The position numbers and the translations under genes were made by a program. Shown here in pieces: positions 1 to 12,100 of a stretch of DNA of 64,000 nt. The first letter of the stretch is position 1. Each line of letters opens with the position of its first letter. The stretch is from Thalia democratica (taxonomy: Eukaryota). The stretch lies in assembly GCA_965202585.1 (NCBI GenBank), contig OZ241832.1:56978001-57042000 (forward strand), given 5' to 3'. The notes under the pieces were generated by a model, which was not told the DNA's origin, ran no database searches, and worked only from the letters and a program-made list of their open reading frames with translations.

Positions 1-722
1 TAACACTTAACACTTTTCTTTTATTTTTAAGAAATATATAGTAAACTTCAAATTACTATAGCAAATTTATTTAAAAATTTTAAAGTTAGTCTGTTAAAAA
101 AACATTATTAGTTTACAGCCATTCAAACGAACTTTCATAACACACTAGTTTTTTTTTACACAGTGTTTATGCTGTTTTGCATATATATTACTCAAATGTG
201 GAAAGGCAAAAAATACACTAGCGCAATAGAGGTAAAATAAATAATGTTTGTCAGTCTAACTGAAAAATTTCAAAAATTAAAAAAAAAATATATATATACA
301 CATAAACTTATTTTTTAGCTAAACCATGGAATTGGTTAATACAAAGTTTAAAACTAAACAAGTAGTCGTTAAACTAAAATTAAAAAAAAAAAACCTTTTG
401 AATATTAAAAGAAAAAAACTAAAGTTAAGAACTTTGACTTTTTAAAATAAACTTTTAATAAAAGTCAACTTGACTTTTTATAACGTTTACAAAACAATAT
501 TTTTAAACAAAATGGTAGCACTATTGTCTTTAAGTTCATTAGAATAAAAAACCACATAAAACAAAGCTTAAAGTTGCTCAGTCTGTGAATACAACCATTT
601 GCGAAACTAATTTCAAACTTAAAAGTTATTAAATCAGTGATTTTTTAGCTTAAACTAGCAAAATCAGTTAAAAGCACGTTTATTCAACTGCCACTTTTTT
701 TCCACATCTATGTTTAACCTTT

Positions 723-3700
723 TCATTCTACTTCGACGAAATCTGCAAATGATATTTTTTTTTTAAAGTTGGTTAATATTTTGTAATAAGGTACTCTTTA
801 GAAGACTAGTGAGTAAAATATCGTTTTAAATAATGAATAAAAACCTACTAAAGACAGAAATTGTTTTTAAAATATATAATAAAATAGCTTAAGGTCAATA
901 GAGTTTCTTATTAATAACTGTAAATTAAAACGTTATAACTGTTAATAAATTTAATGTATCATAATTTCTTTTAATGTATAGCAAAGCTAAAAAGTGAACT
1001 ATTCTCTTAAAGTTAAGTTTTAAACCTGAAACAAAAAAAAAATTGAATAATGAATATCATACAACTTACTTTCGTTTATAGATTTTCAACAAACGCAAAA
1101 CATTAAAAGCGTTCTTTTGAAAATCCTTTATTTAAGTTTCATTAACAGATTTTCAATATACAAAAAATTCAACATAGGTTAATAATTTGTAAATGTGTAT
1201 TGTTAAAGAGAATTAAAAGATATTTCTAGATAATAAATAAAAACCTATTAAGGTAACAAACAATTCTAACATATATAACAAAAAAAGCTTTATCTCGTTT
1301 AAAAATGTTTTACTTTTAACTGAAATTTAAACCAATAAAACTATTAGTAAGTTTAAATTTCTTATAATTTTTATTCAAATGTATAGTAAAGCTAACAAGA
1401 AAATTTTTTCTGTCAAGTTTAAACTTTCAAACTGACTTACAAAACATCTAATACTTTATAACAAAAGTAAAACAACTTGTTTCCAACAACAGATATTCAA
1501 CATTCAAAAAATTCAACTCACCACAGCCGACGAACACGATGTTCTCCAACGACACGTTTTCCGGGTATCCCCCGAACTCGGAACTGGCGAACTCGAGCAC
1601 GAAGGGAACTCCGTCATCGACCAGATTCAGCTCGACCTCCACCGTTCCGCTTCGTCGCCTTTTCCACAATATCTTCTTGTTCGACATTCGCTCGTTCGGT
1701 GTTCGGCCGTACTTCTGCTCCAAGCGGATCGTCACAACGCCACGAATCAGGTTCTGTGATTGGTTGGTTGTTTTGCTTTGGACTCTTTTTGAATATTACT
1801 TTACATTCAACTGAGGATTTCGTTTGGTTTATTTCAAACGAGTGAAACATTGTTTTTATAATAAAATTAAAAAATTGAGTTTTACTTTGGTATTTGAATT
1901 TTTCTTTAATGGTAATAACTGCCCAGTAGACTTTCTCCATATTACTCTAGTCTAGTGTGTTAAATAACTGCTATATTCTATAATACAATTTAATGTTAAA
2001 CAACTATTAGTTTTAGATATTTCCGTTAAGAAAGGTAACAAATTTTTTTTGCTATAAATTGAACTATCTACAAAGATTTTATAGTTCAAAAAATTGTGCT
2101 TTTTTGTCGAAAAAAAAACTTTATATATAGTTAAAAAAATGCTAACATTATTCGTGAATTCGAATGTAACTTTGCACGAGCAATTATTGGTTGATTTCAA
2201 AAGTCCAGTGCTCAGGGCTGAAGGTGAAGTATAGTTTTCTAGTTGCCAACTTTCTTCTGAGAAAAATAAACAGTCATTTAATTTAATTTTCTTCGATTTT
2301 TACTTTAAAAAGTTGAGCTAACAAGCAAGAATAAAAGGATGGATTTTTATAAGAAAAAGCAATAAAAACTGTTTAAACATTGTTAAATTAAAAGACTTAA
2401 GTTTTACGAAAAAAGTCTTATGATTCATATAATTAGTAATTGGTGTCTTTGACAACCACAATTAAACAAAAATAGTTTTAGTTATTATTGTACTGGTAGT
2501 GTTTAGTTATTGTATAATACTTCCAGTCTCTTTTAAAAGAAAATTTTCAATATTTCATACATTTCAATCTACTTTTATAACTTTTAAACAAAAAATTTTT
2601 CATAACTTTAAATTAAAAACTATATACCATAGTTGAAATTGTTTTGTCATAAAATACTAAAAAACCTTACTTGAAAACCAGTTTGTTAAAAAAAAAATTA
2701 AAACCTAAAAGTTTTTAGCAATGAAAAGCTCACCTTACACAATCATATTGAAAATAAATCAAAAAAATAAAGTTTTAGTGATCAATAATGAAAATAAGAT
2801 AAAAAAAAGCTTTTTGCTGACTCGGCAAATATGACTTGCCACATTATGCTAATGATTTGCACAATTATCAAGTCACCAAACTTTAGCTTACGGTCAAAGT
2901 TTGTAAGCAAAATAAGTTATAGTAAAAATGTGTTATGTAGTTTGAAAACAAAAATATAGTTTTGTTTATAAACAATGCCAAACTTCAACTGTCTTTCTTT
3001 CAATATATATTTAGTAAAAGTTTCATGATAATAAATTTTTACAGACAAACTTGCTTAAGTTTTTTTGTCTCTATTTTTAATTTAAATAAAAAAATACTGG
3101 ATTAGTTCTTGTTAGTTAAATGTAAAGAAGCAATTGAAAAATATTTCCAAAATAAACGAACAAATTTCACAGTAACAAAATGAACACAACAATTACAATC
3201 ACGAGATAAATACTTTACTCTCCACGGAGCACGAATATAATAAACTTTTACCTTCGTTGCTTGTCTTCTCCCACCTATCAGGAGCGTTCTCGTTTGTATT
3301 TGAAAATGAAAGTTTGACACTTCTCGCGGAACCTGAATGTTTTTCACTTTAGTTTGAAAGAAAAAAATTCCGAATTTATACAGATTTATAGGTTTAATAT
3401 TGAAACAAAACAAAAAACTCTATTAAAACGTTTTAAACTTAAGCTTACATAACATACTTAACTTTCAAATATGTTGAATAGTTTAAGTTGTTGTACTTAA
3501 CAGATCAACATATTTTTAATCCATAGAAAAAAAAGTTAGTTTTTGATAACAAATAGCTTTTTTAGTTTATTTGTTTTTGAATATACTATAAGCTGTTCAC
3601 AAATTATCCTGAACTATACACATGTAGATTTCAGACTTGCATAAACAACTTTAAAATAATTGTATATATTTATAATTTTAAGACTTTTGGACTCAAACAA

Positions 3701-6098
3701 ACTTATCAATGTACCATTGTTGCACTTGAGTCCTCCATCGATGACAATTTCGTCGATGTTGATTGTCGGTCCAACTCCGCAATACTTGGTGTCACCTTTG
3801 CACGTTTGGTTGTTAAGCACACTTGCTTTCAAAACAACCTAAGCGTTAAAGTTTATATTTATTGCAAGTTTGTTTAGTAGTTGTAAACGTATTGTGCACT
3901 TAAATTTTGATTTTCAGTTACATATAAATTACACGTAAGTTTAATTTTTAAAAAGCTAATTATATGTAAAAACTGAATTAAAAGTTATTGAAAACAAACA
4001 TGCTAAAATATTTAGTGGTTCAAAACAGTAGTTTTTACTTGGTTTGATAATTATTTTGTGTGATTTTCTAACGCTATAGCTTATTTTAATTAATATAGAA
4101 AATTCTTTATACTTAGTGAATTAAAAAAAAAATGTTAAAATTTTAAATTGTTGTCATATGATTTTTATAACATCTAAAAGTTTGTAAGCGCTTTAAAACT
4201 TTTACGCAATGTTCTTTCTTGGAAACTTCATTTAACAGTTTGAAAAGCTAGTTTTGCTAAATTTCGAATATACTAAATGACGTTTTAAATAAATTATACA
4301 ATGAAGTATTTAGTGTTTGTAAGTACTGCTATCATAAAAAAATTTAAAACAAGAATAAAAGTTGCAATCGCTTCAAAACTTCAACATTTTCACTCAATAA
4401 ACCGAACACTTTACAAACACGCTGCAAACCGACCCTGTATTCACCGGCGAGGGTGGAAACGTCGAAATTGAACTTCTCCATCTTCCACCCGAACACGGCG
4501 TGGTCGACCTCGAAAAAACTCTCCGCGCCTTCCACCTCCTCCAACTCGTCATTGCTGGCCGGTATGACGTAACCTCTCAAGCTCGACCCGTCGCAGTGGA
4601 TCGCCGAGTGCATCGAGAAAGTCACGTGGTCCAGTTCCGTGACGTCAAAGGTCGGTGACGTCATGTAGGCGGTGGTGAACTTCTCCCCGCTGTCAGGGTC
4701 GCCGACCACTTTGGCGAAGAACTGGTTCTGAACGTTCTCCTTTTCCTGCACGCCTTGGAAAGCGGCGCAGTTTACAGGGACTTTCTTTGAATTTTCCCGC
4801 CTCTTCTCGTGATCAACTGAGGGGAGTTTCCCGTCCGGAATTATTTCCCGCCAGTTGCAGTTGACCCTCGAATCGACATGCTCGAAATCGCACTTGTCAC
4901 GCTTGAGCAAGTCCACGTGATCAGCTGTCGTAGTGTTTCGGCTGAAGTAGCCGAGGATCGGTAGAAGCTGGTTGCACGACTCGTGGAACGCTACTGTGAC
5001 GTCATCGTCATTTACGACGTCATTATCAGGATTTATTGTTACGTGATTGTTATTTGTGACGTAATCTTTTTTGTATAACATTTTCAATACTACATTATTA
5101 TTTGCATCAGGTCTGACGATGTTCTTCAGAGAAATCCATTTTTCTCCGGTGAACTTTTCTTTTTCGGTTTGAAAGAAATCATCAAAAAATTTCTTGTTCA
5201 AAATTATTTCCTTCACTTGGAACTCTTTCGACTTGCTGCTGATCGTGAGACTGCAGGTGTTTTTCGGGACTGCAAGGTTTTTGGTGGAAACCAATTTTTC
5301 GTCAATTTTAGATTCGTTGTTGTGAAATAAACCTGGAAAAATAAACAGCTGAGAAACATCGTAGAACTAAATCGTTTGGTGCTTTTGGTGTTAGTATTTT
5401 CTGAGTTTCTTAAAAACTCTTTTAATTTTTGTAAAATAAAGTTGATTTAAAAAAATAATTGTTTGTTTAAAATATTAATAGGGATATAACGTTTTAATTT
5501 TCAATTTAACTACGAAACTCAATAAAAGTCTCAAACAGAAATGTTATTTTTAAATATTTACAGGGAAACAAATGTTTTAAATGCTTATCATAAACTTTAA
5601 ACAAAACTCACCTCGATTTTTCAGCAAGATGAAAGTGCACGCCAGCGCGACGATGAGGAAGATGGCGATGAAGACGATCAGCGTCCTCTTCTTCTTGAAG
5701 CAGTAGGAGCATATATTGCTCATCTTGCGCTTCTTGCGCTTCTTGCGCTTCTTGCTCTCCTTGATGCTCACAGCGATCAGCTGGTCGCAGTCTTTCGGCG
5801 TCTGATCTTTTTCTGAAAAAATAAAAATTAATAAAACTTATAATTAAATGAGTATGATGCTAAAGCTTCTAAAAGCAAAGTTTTGAACTAAATCTACTGA
5901 AACAGTATATAAAACTTTTATTGTATTGTAAAAAGTCAAAAAATAGTAAAAACTTTATTATACTCCGTAATGAAATTCAAAATAAAAAAATTATACTTAA
6001 TTAAACTTTTAAGCAAATAAAAAATAAATAAAAAACTCAATCAGTAACTTACGTGTTTTTTGTTGCATTACGTACGTTTCCTTAATTACTTTTGGCAT
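723..6098 (-). CDS. Type II single-pass membrane protein with tandem MAM-like domains, copy 1 (intact; ~581 aa, or ~570 aa with the short exon 5)
   Basis: Coding exons on the minus strand: 6098-6053, 5812-5612, 5332-4434, 3838-3715, 3332-3219 (or -3252), 2256-2147, 1753-1522, 742-723. All introns are GT..AG with matching phases, total 1746 nt, and exon lengths recur in copies 2 and 3 except for 3n indels and the copy-3 exon-2 frameshift. Translation: MPKVIKETYVMQQKT, then KKRKKRKKRK-MSNICSYC-FKKKR, a hydrophobic TLIVFIAIFLIVALACTFILL, then CDFEHVDSRVNCNW...AYMTSPTF...GWKMEKF...YRVVLKA...INIDEIVIDGGLKC (MAM consensus CxFE..CxW..LxSP..W..FxVxFxA..IAIDDI...C) and a second MAM-like end PFVLEFA...NVSLENIVFVGC. 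The 20-nt last exon (DFVEVE*) is the least certain part, though its TGA is at the same position in all copies. Confidence 0.85.
5723..5755 (-). repeat. 9-bp coding repeat (KKR)n in the N-terminal tail
   Basis: TCTTGCGCT x3.7 in copy 1, and x2.7 in copy 2 (25314-25337) and copy 3. Confidence 0.9.
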
Positions 6099-6151
6099 AA
6101 CACTTTTTCACTTCAAACACTTTTTCAGAAATTAATATTAACAACTACTAT

Positions 6152-6165
6152 CTGTAAGTTTCTTT
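6152..6165 (-). promoter_or_regulatory. Splice acceptor (AAACTTACAG) 53 nt upstream of the start ATG
   Basis: Present in all copies (AG at 6153-6152, 25903-25902, 44666-44665). In-frame stops lie between it and the ATG in copies 1 and 2, so the segment is 5' UTR. Confidence 0.5.
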
Positions 6166-9100
6166 ATTGATAGCTAAATCAGCAAAATTATTTGTAAAAC
6201 TTTTGATAATAATTTTGTTAATGCTAGAAACGTATGCAAACTAAACTGTATACATTTTTTTATCGAGCAAAACATCTCTCAAAAATTCTGAGTTAAATTT
6301 AAAGAAAAAACAAATCGATAACAAATAAACTCGTCTTAGAATGATTTAAAAAGTCGACTTGCAGAAATTTAACTATTATAAAATTATCAGTTATCACAAA
6401 CTAACAAAACTCATTTAAAGTAAGTCTAAATAACCTTACTTTTATTCCCAAACCAACTATATTATCTTTTAAAAAAAGAAATAACTTAACCTCAATATAA
6501 TTAGAAACTGTTGATTACCTGTTGAGCATACAAGCAACTCTTAAGTTAAAAACAGTTCTAAAATTTTTAGTACAAGTTAAACTGTATTAAGACATATCGA
6601 TTTACAAAAGTGTATAGTCTCTTGAAAATTAACATTTCATTTCCTCAATTCTCAAAAGAGCTTTACTTGTATAAGTTACAACTTTCTTTAGAAGTTATTA
6701 AACCTAGTGTCAATACTTCTGACATTTATACCACCATGCTTCCAGAAGAGCACAAAAAAAATTACCGAAAAAAAGGATATTTGTAGAAAAATAAATCCAC
6801 TAAAAGTCTGCTTAAAGTTCAAAGACTTCTTACACTGTTTATTGAACTTGGTGTTATTTCAAGTTATAGTCGTAAAATAATTATTACAAAATTTTATTTT
6901 TCTTTGATTTTTAATAAATGCTGAACTTTCTCAATCAGGAACAATTATTTATTTATTTTGTTACGCAATTATTTTTTATCGTAGTTTTTGAAATTTTCTT
7001 CTTTTTATTGTTCAATGCTAACTTTTGTATTTAAAAAACGTGCTTTAGAACTAAAATACTTACGGCTATTGAAAGCTTTAAATAACAAAGAATTTATAAT
7101 AGACAGAAGTTTTAATATTAAAAACAAGAAAAAAATTGTAAATCTAAAAGAATAAAAAAGCCTAAATTTAATACAATGAAAACGATTATTTATAAAACTA
7201 GTTTAAAAAATAAAAGCATGCTTTTTAAGTTGTGTTTTACAACTTTTTTTGACTGTACTCTACTAATTGTAAATACGTTTTATTTGCTGAATCAAAATAC
7301 AGACAAAATTGAATTTTTTATGCAGCTTAGTTTTAGCTGTAAAATAAATAACTAAAAGTAAATAAACAACTGGTACACAGCTTAAAAGTTTTTTGTTTTA
7401 ACCTCAAGTTTCTTAGTGATTTTAAACAATCATAATTTTTTATTAGCTCTTTAATATTTATATATTTATACATATAAAACCATTCCAATTTTAACTGAAA
7501 ATAATAAAACACATTTAAAATTTATACTAATTTAATTCAAACTTTACTTTGTCAATCATATTAAGATGTAAGTTATTCTTTTCATTAAAAAATGAAAATA
7601 ATATCTATCCAAGTAAAAAAAAATCAAAATTTAAAACAATCTTTAAAAAAAAACAACTTTTCTTAACATAAACAAAATCAAAGTTATTTTTACGGCACAA
7701 CCAACTAGCAGCTACACGCAAAACTGCAAATAAAAAATTGTCACGAAAACCCAACACAAATTTTCGTTACTTGATACTTTTATTTTTGTAATGGAATCAC
7801 TATGTGATAGCATGACTAAAAAACTATCGATTTTAGCGCAATAAATTCAAGTCCCATGATGATATTATTGTTAAAATGCAAACACAAATTTACTTGTATG
7901 TATCTCATGAATTAATGAGTGAAATTTCTTTAATGTTTATATTAACTCGGTTTAGAACTTTTATAAAAAGTGTGTATTTTTAAACTGTTTAAAGTATTTT
8001 TAGTGTATCAAAAATTCATGTGATTAGACTGCGTTCTGTGATTTACAGCTTGAAAATTCCGCAATTTACTTTAAAAACAATAAAAGTAATAAACGCGTAA
8101 AGATATTGAAATAAAACCAGAGACCTGTTTCATTGATGTACTGATTTTGTTAGATAAGCTTTTATAACATGGTTATGCCTCTAGTACATAATGTTTTGAT
8201 AAATAATTTTGCAAATATGAGAAAAAAAAATTAATAAACAAAGCTTTAAGATTTATGACTGGAAGTACCTCGTAAAGGGTTGAAATTCAAATATTTTTAT
8301 TTTTTATTTCAAAGTATTCAAAAGTGTTAGTAAGCAAGAACTAAAATAATAATGAACATTGAAAAAAACAGATTTAAAAACTTTAGGTATACTGAAAAAG
8401 TATAGTCAAAAGTTAACTAAAAAATTAAAAAAATACGTTTTCAAGAAAAATCAACGCTTAAACAATACTGCCTACGTGATTTACAATTGAAAATCGTTAA
8501 AGGTTATAAAACATATTTTACGAAAGAAACACGGATATCAACATAGCATGTGATTTTATATTATCAACTGTAAAATCTGTTATCCAATATTGCAACATTA
8601 ATGCAAAAGTTGTGTTTTATTTTTTGACATTTTCAGCTTTCCTTAACAAGTTAAAGACGACATTCGCAACTTAAAGGCACCTGTTGCTCGTGAATAACAC
8701 ATAAAATTTAAATGCGTCAGCTGCAGTTCTAAGTGGCTTCTGATTGGTTAATATTTTACTTATTTTTATTTTTAGTTTTAAGTAATAACTTTTTTTGGTT
8801 AGTTTTTCACATATTTGGCTAAGGTGGGTTAGGGATAAGTGTATAGATAAAAAATTTTGGGTAAGGTTGGTTGGAGAAAAGGATGTTTTTAATATTCTGT
8901 TGTATTATAACTTTACCGCAATCGTATAAAGTTATGAATTTACTGCTTGAATGAAATTATTTCCAAAACCTTACAACTGCAGCCAACGCTATTTAGTATT
9001 CATTTCAAAACAACGTTACTAAAAGTCAGTACGAACTTTTTCGCGTTTTAAACTAAATAATTTTTGAATAATAGCGAAAACAAAAAATACTTAAAAGAGT

Positions 9101-12100
9101 TTTTTGGAAGTAACCTAGCAGCAAAAAAATATTAGCTTGATCATTGTGGTTTTTTGGTAACTTTTATTTAGCAGTTCGTTTTCTTTTCAAGTTGCAAAAC
9201 ATTTTCAAACAAACATAAGAAATGATTTCATAAAAAAAATTAAAACTTTATTAAAATTTTAACAACATGTGTTGTTAATTTTACTTTTAGGTGTTAGTTT
9301 TGATGCAAATCAAAGCTGTTTTTACATGTCTTATTAACACTTGAAGGTAATACTCCATTAAGTAATGATATATTAGAAATTAGAGTATTTTAAAAAATAT
9401 ATTCATCAAAAAAATTCCGTCTAACCCATCTGACTTACACATTATTAAAAAATCTAAAACAGTAATAATCTCAAAGATAATTTCTGCATCTGTCAAAACG
9501 TCTTTTGATGTCAACGTTTTCTTATCATATGTTTTTAAATTTTTTTATAAATTTGTCATAACAACAGTTTCATGATTGACAACAAAAAAAAACAAAATAC
9601 TGACCCTTTTTAGTTTCAACAACAAATATAAAGCAATATTTATCCATGACCTTAAATATAGATACAATATTAAGAAAAATATATTGACTTGCTTTTGTTT
9701 ATTGCTATAAATGCTTACAACATTTTTTTTTAGTTTAGTTATTGATAAAAACAAACAATAAGCTGATATTTTTTTGAACTTAATTCACAATCGTATAAGT
9801 AAAAATATTTTATTCGGTTACTGGGTTAATCAAGGTCTAAATAAAATAATAATTTAATATCAGTAATTTGTAAACAAACTTTCAAGTTTTATTTAAAGGT
9901 AAGAGTTTTAATTTTTTACATTAAAACGTTTATAACAGTCAGATAAATATTAAATAAGTAATAAGAGTAAATACAATTTAACAGAATTATGATGTACTAC
10001 TAAATAACCTTCAAAAAAAAATTTAAAAGTAAAATGTACAAACTTTTAAAACATAGTTAAACTGAAACAATAATTTTAAATTTAAATTTTTACATTTAAC
10101 AAAGTACTTTAGTAGACATAATTGACTTGTTTTGAAGCTGCCATGTAAAGGTAACAAAAACAATAATGAGATTAACACAAAACTAACAGCTGTTTAAATT
10201 ATACTTAAAATAACCAAGAGTAATGGCGTTTCGCAAAACTTGATTTTTTTTAATACTAGTTAGACTTTTCCCATAATATTGCTACGAAACTGCTGTTAAC
10301 AATACAACATCATTCGATTGAGGAAGTGTTCAAACTTAGCTTATCATTTAAATACTGCATAAAGCAATTTACTGCTGAGTTTATCAAAATAAAAGCATTG
10401 TTTTTCAAGCTCTAAAACATTTATGTACTATTTAAAGATAGTAAGTATATGAGTTTAGGAAGTTTATAAATAAAACTATGATTAAATAAATTAAATAAAG
10501 TATCTGCATTTAAATTATAAGCGAATTTTCACAGCATTTCAAATGCTAAATTTAAAAATCTAATTAAAGTATGTATTGTAATTTGAATAGCCTAAAACTC
10601 AATGAACTAACTTAGCTATTAAGTAAACTAGTTATAAACTTGCTAAACTTGTTAAAATATAAAATGTCTGAAATTTCTAATCAGACATTTATTAATTATT
10701 GTTAATGGTTAATTTGAATAATAGTTTTTCAAATGAGTCGAGCTGTTTTAAAAAGATTCCTAACTCCACTTATTAGGCGAAATTAAATAAAAACTGTTTT
10801 GTTATAACAAAAACACTGAGATTTAAAAAAAAAGAACTAAGCATGCTGTAAAGATAATCAGTAAATGAAAAAAAATTAACTTTTAAAAAATAATATTCAA
10901 AAATAATATTCACATTTTCTTAAGCAAAACAGGAAATCTTTAACGTTTGCATACGAACTTCATTTGATGCTTTACCGGTTGCCAAACCCATCAAAACTTT
11001 TTTTACTTCTTGAAGTTTTCTTTTAAAATCACTTTTTAACATTATACCAAGCATGTCACGAGTTTTTTGACTGTCAACTAAAAAAAGTACAGGAGGTGTT
11101 GACTTTTTGAAATTTTAAAATAATATAAGCGAAGGAAGTTAAAATCAAGTTTGAATAGACACCTCAATCAAATACGATACAGTTAGTCACGAAATTTATG
11201 ACTGTTAGTTTTTTTGAATGAACTGACTTTTAGGACTAAAAGAACTCAAGCATTATTGAAGAAGTTTAGTTTCAAAATTGGACTTTGGAGCCATACAAAT
11301 TTGTCACGATCTTTTTTGGCTGCTAAATTTAAACTTCCTTTGCAGAGTAGTGTAAATATTATACATTGTAGTAGCCTAATAGAAGGTTTATTTAATTCAA
11401 CCTTTATTAAGCATTAAACTTTATAGAAAAAATTATATAAATAGTACAACAAGTGCAAATTAAGTTTTTTATTTATTACCAGATTTCGTTGGTAAAAAAA
11501 ATAACGACGTTTACAAGTATAATAAATATATTTGCACTTTTATAATCATTTATATAAGATCTTTACATTCCACTATATTGAGCAATATGTTTAAGTTAAG
11601 AAAAAATACTGTATAAAAAAAACGTACAAATCTCTTTCAAATACTTACTATAACCGTTGTATCATGACTAATATACATATTTGATAAGCCATGGCATTTA
11701 TAATTTAAAATGATATGTTTGTATGTTAAAACATCGTAAATTAAAGGACTTATCCTAACTCAAAACATAAATTAGAAAAAAAAAACATTCAAATATGTAA
11801 ATATTGTTTTATAAACCAAATAGTACTATTAGTAATAAGTAAAAAAAAGCTAGAGATAAAAAAATAAAAGTATTTACACTTAATTTGAAACAAGAAAATA
11901 ATAACTTGAAAGCTTCGAGCAACTAACAAATTTGAAAACAAATTTGCTTAACAAATATTTTAACATTTTTTCACAATTAATTAGCTTAAAATCTTTACAA
12001 AATAACTTACTTTTTCTGTACCAACTGGGTTTGAAATAGACTTTTGGAGCATAAAAGAAACTTTAAGAGACATAATTAAATTTGTTAACGCTTTAAAACA

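Noticed and set aside
1477-1940. Overlapping ORFs of 91-150 aa here and at 20762-21214 and 38922-39246
   Set aside because: Antisense or shifted shadows of GC-rich exon 7; their starts and ends fall in intron sequence and differ between copies.
3102-3413. 103-aa minus-strand ORF
   Set aside because: Wrong frame over exon 5 plus intron; not conserved as an ORF in copies 2 and 3.
4344-4433. ORF-track extension of exon 3 (VGLQRVCKVFGLL...)
   Set aside because: The frame ends differently in each copy, and AGG|GTCGGT joins exon 4 in phase to complete the MAM motif, so this part is intron.
4821-4832. kB-like GGGGAGTTTCCC and several TGACGTCA palindromes in exon 3
   Set aside because: Explained by the coding sequence (GKLP, DDVT, FDVT); the kB-like site is altered in copy 3.
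8390-8760. Apparent long frames with periodic TAA/TGA, suggesting an alternative genetic code or decayed viral gene
   Set aside because: Similar-looking frames appear on both strands, synonymous-like changes can be found in several frames, and the MAM genes read normally in the standard code.
9400-9754. Protein-looking minus-strand frame (TSKDVLTDAEI...) and the ORF at 29065-29286
   Set aside because: Stops and frameshifts differ or are shared among copies, no acceptor/donor pair could be fixed, and no family was recognised; AT-rich DNA gives such peptides by chance.
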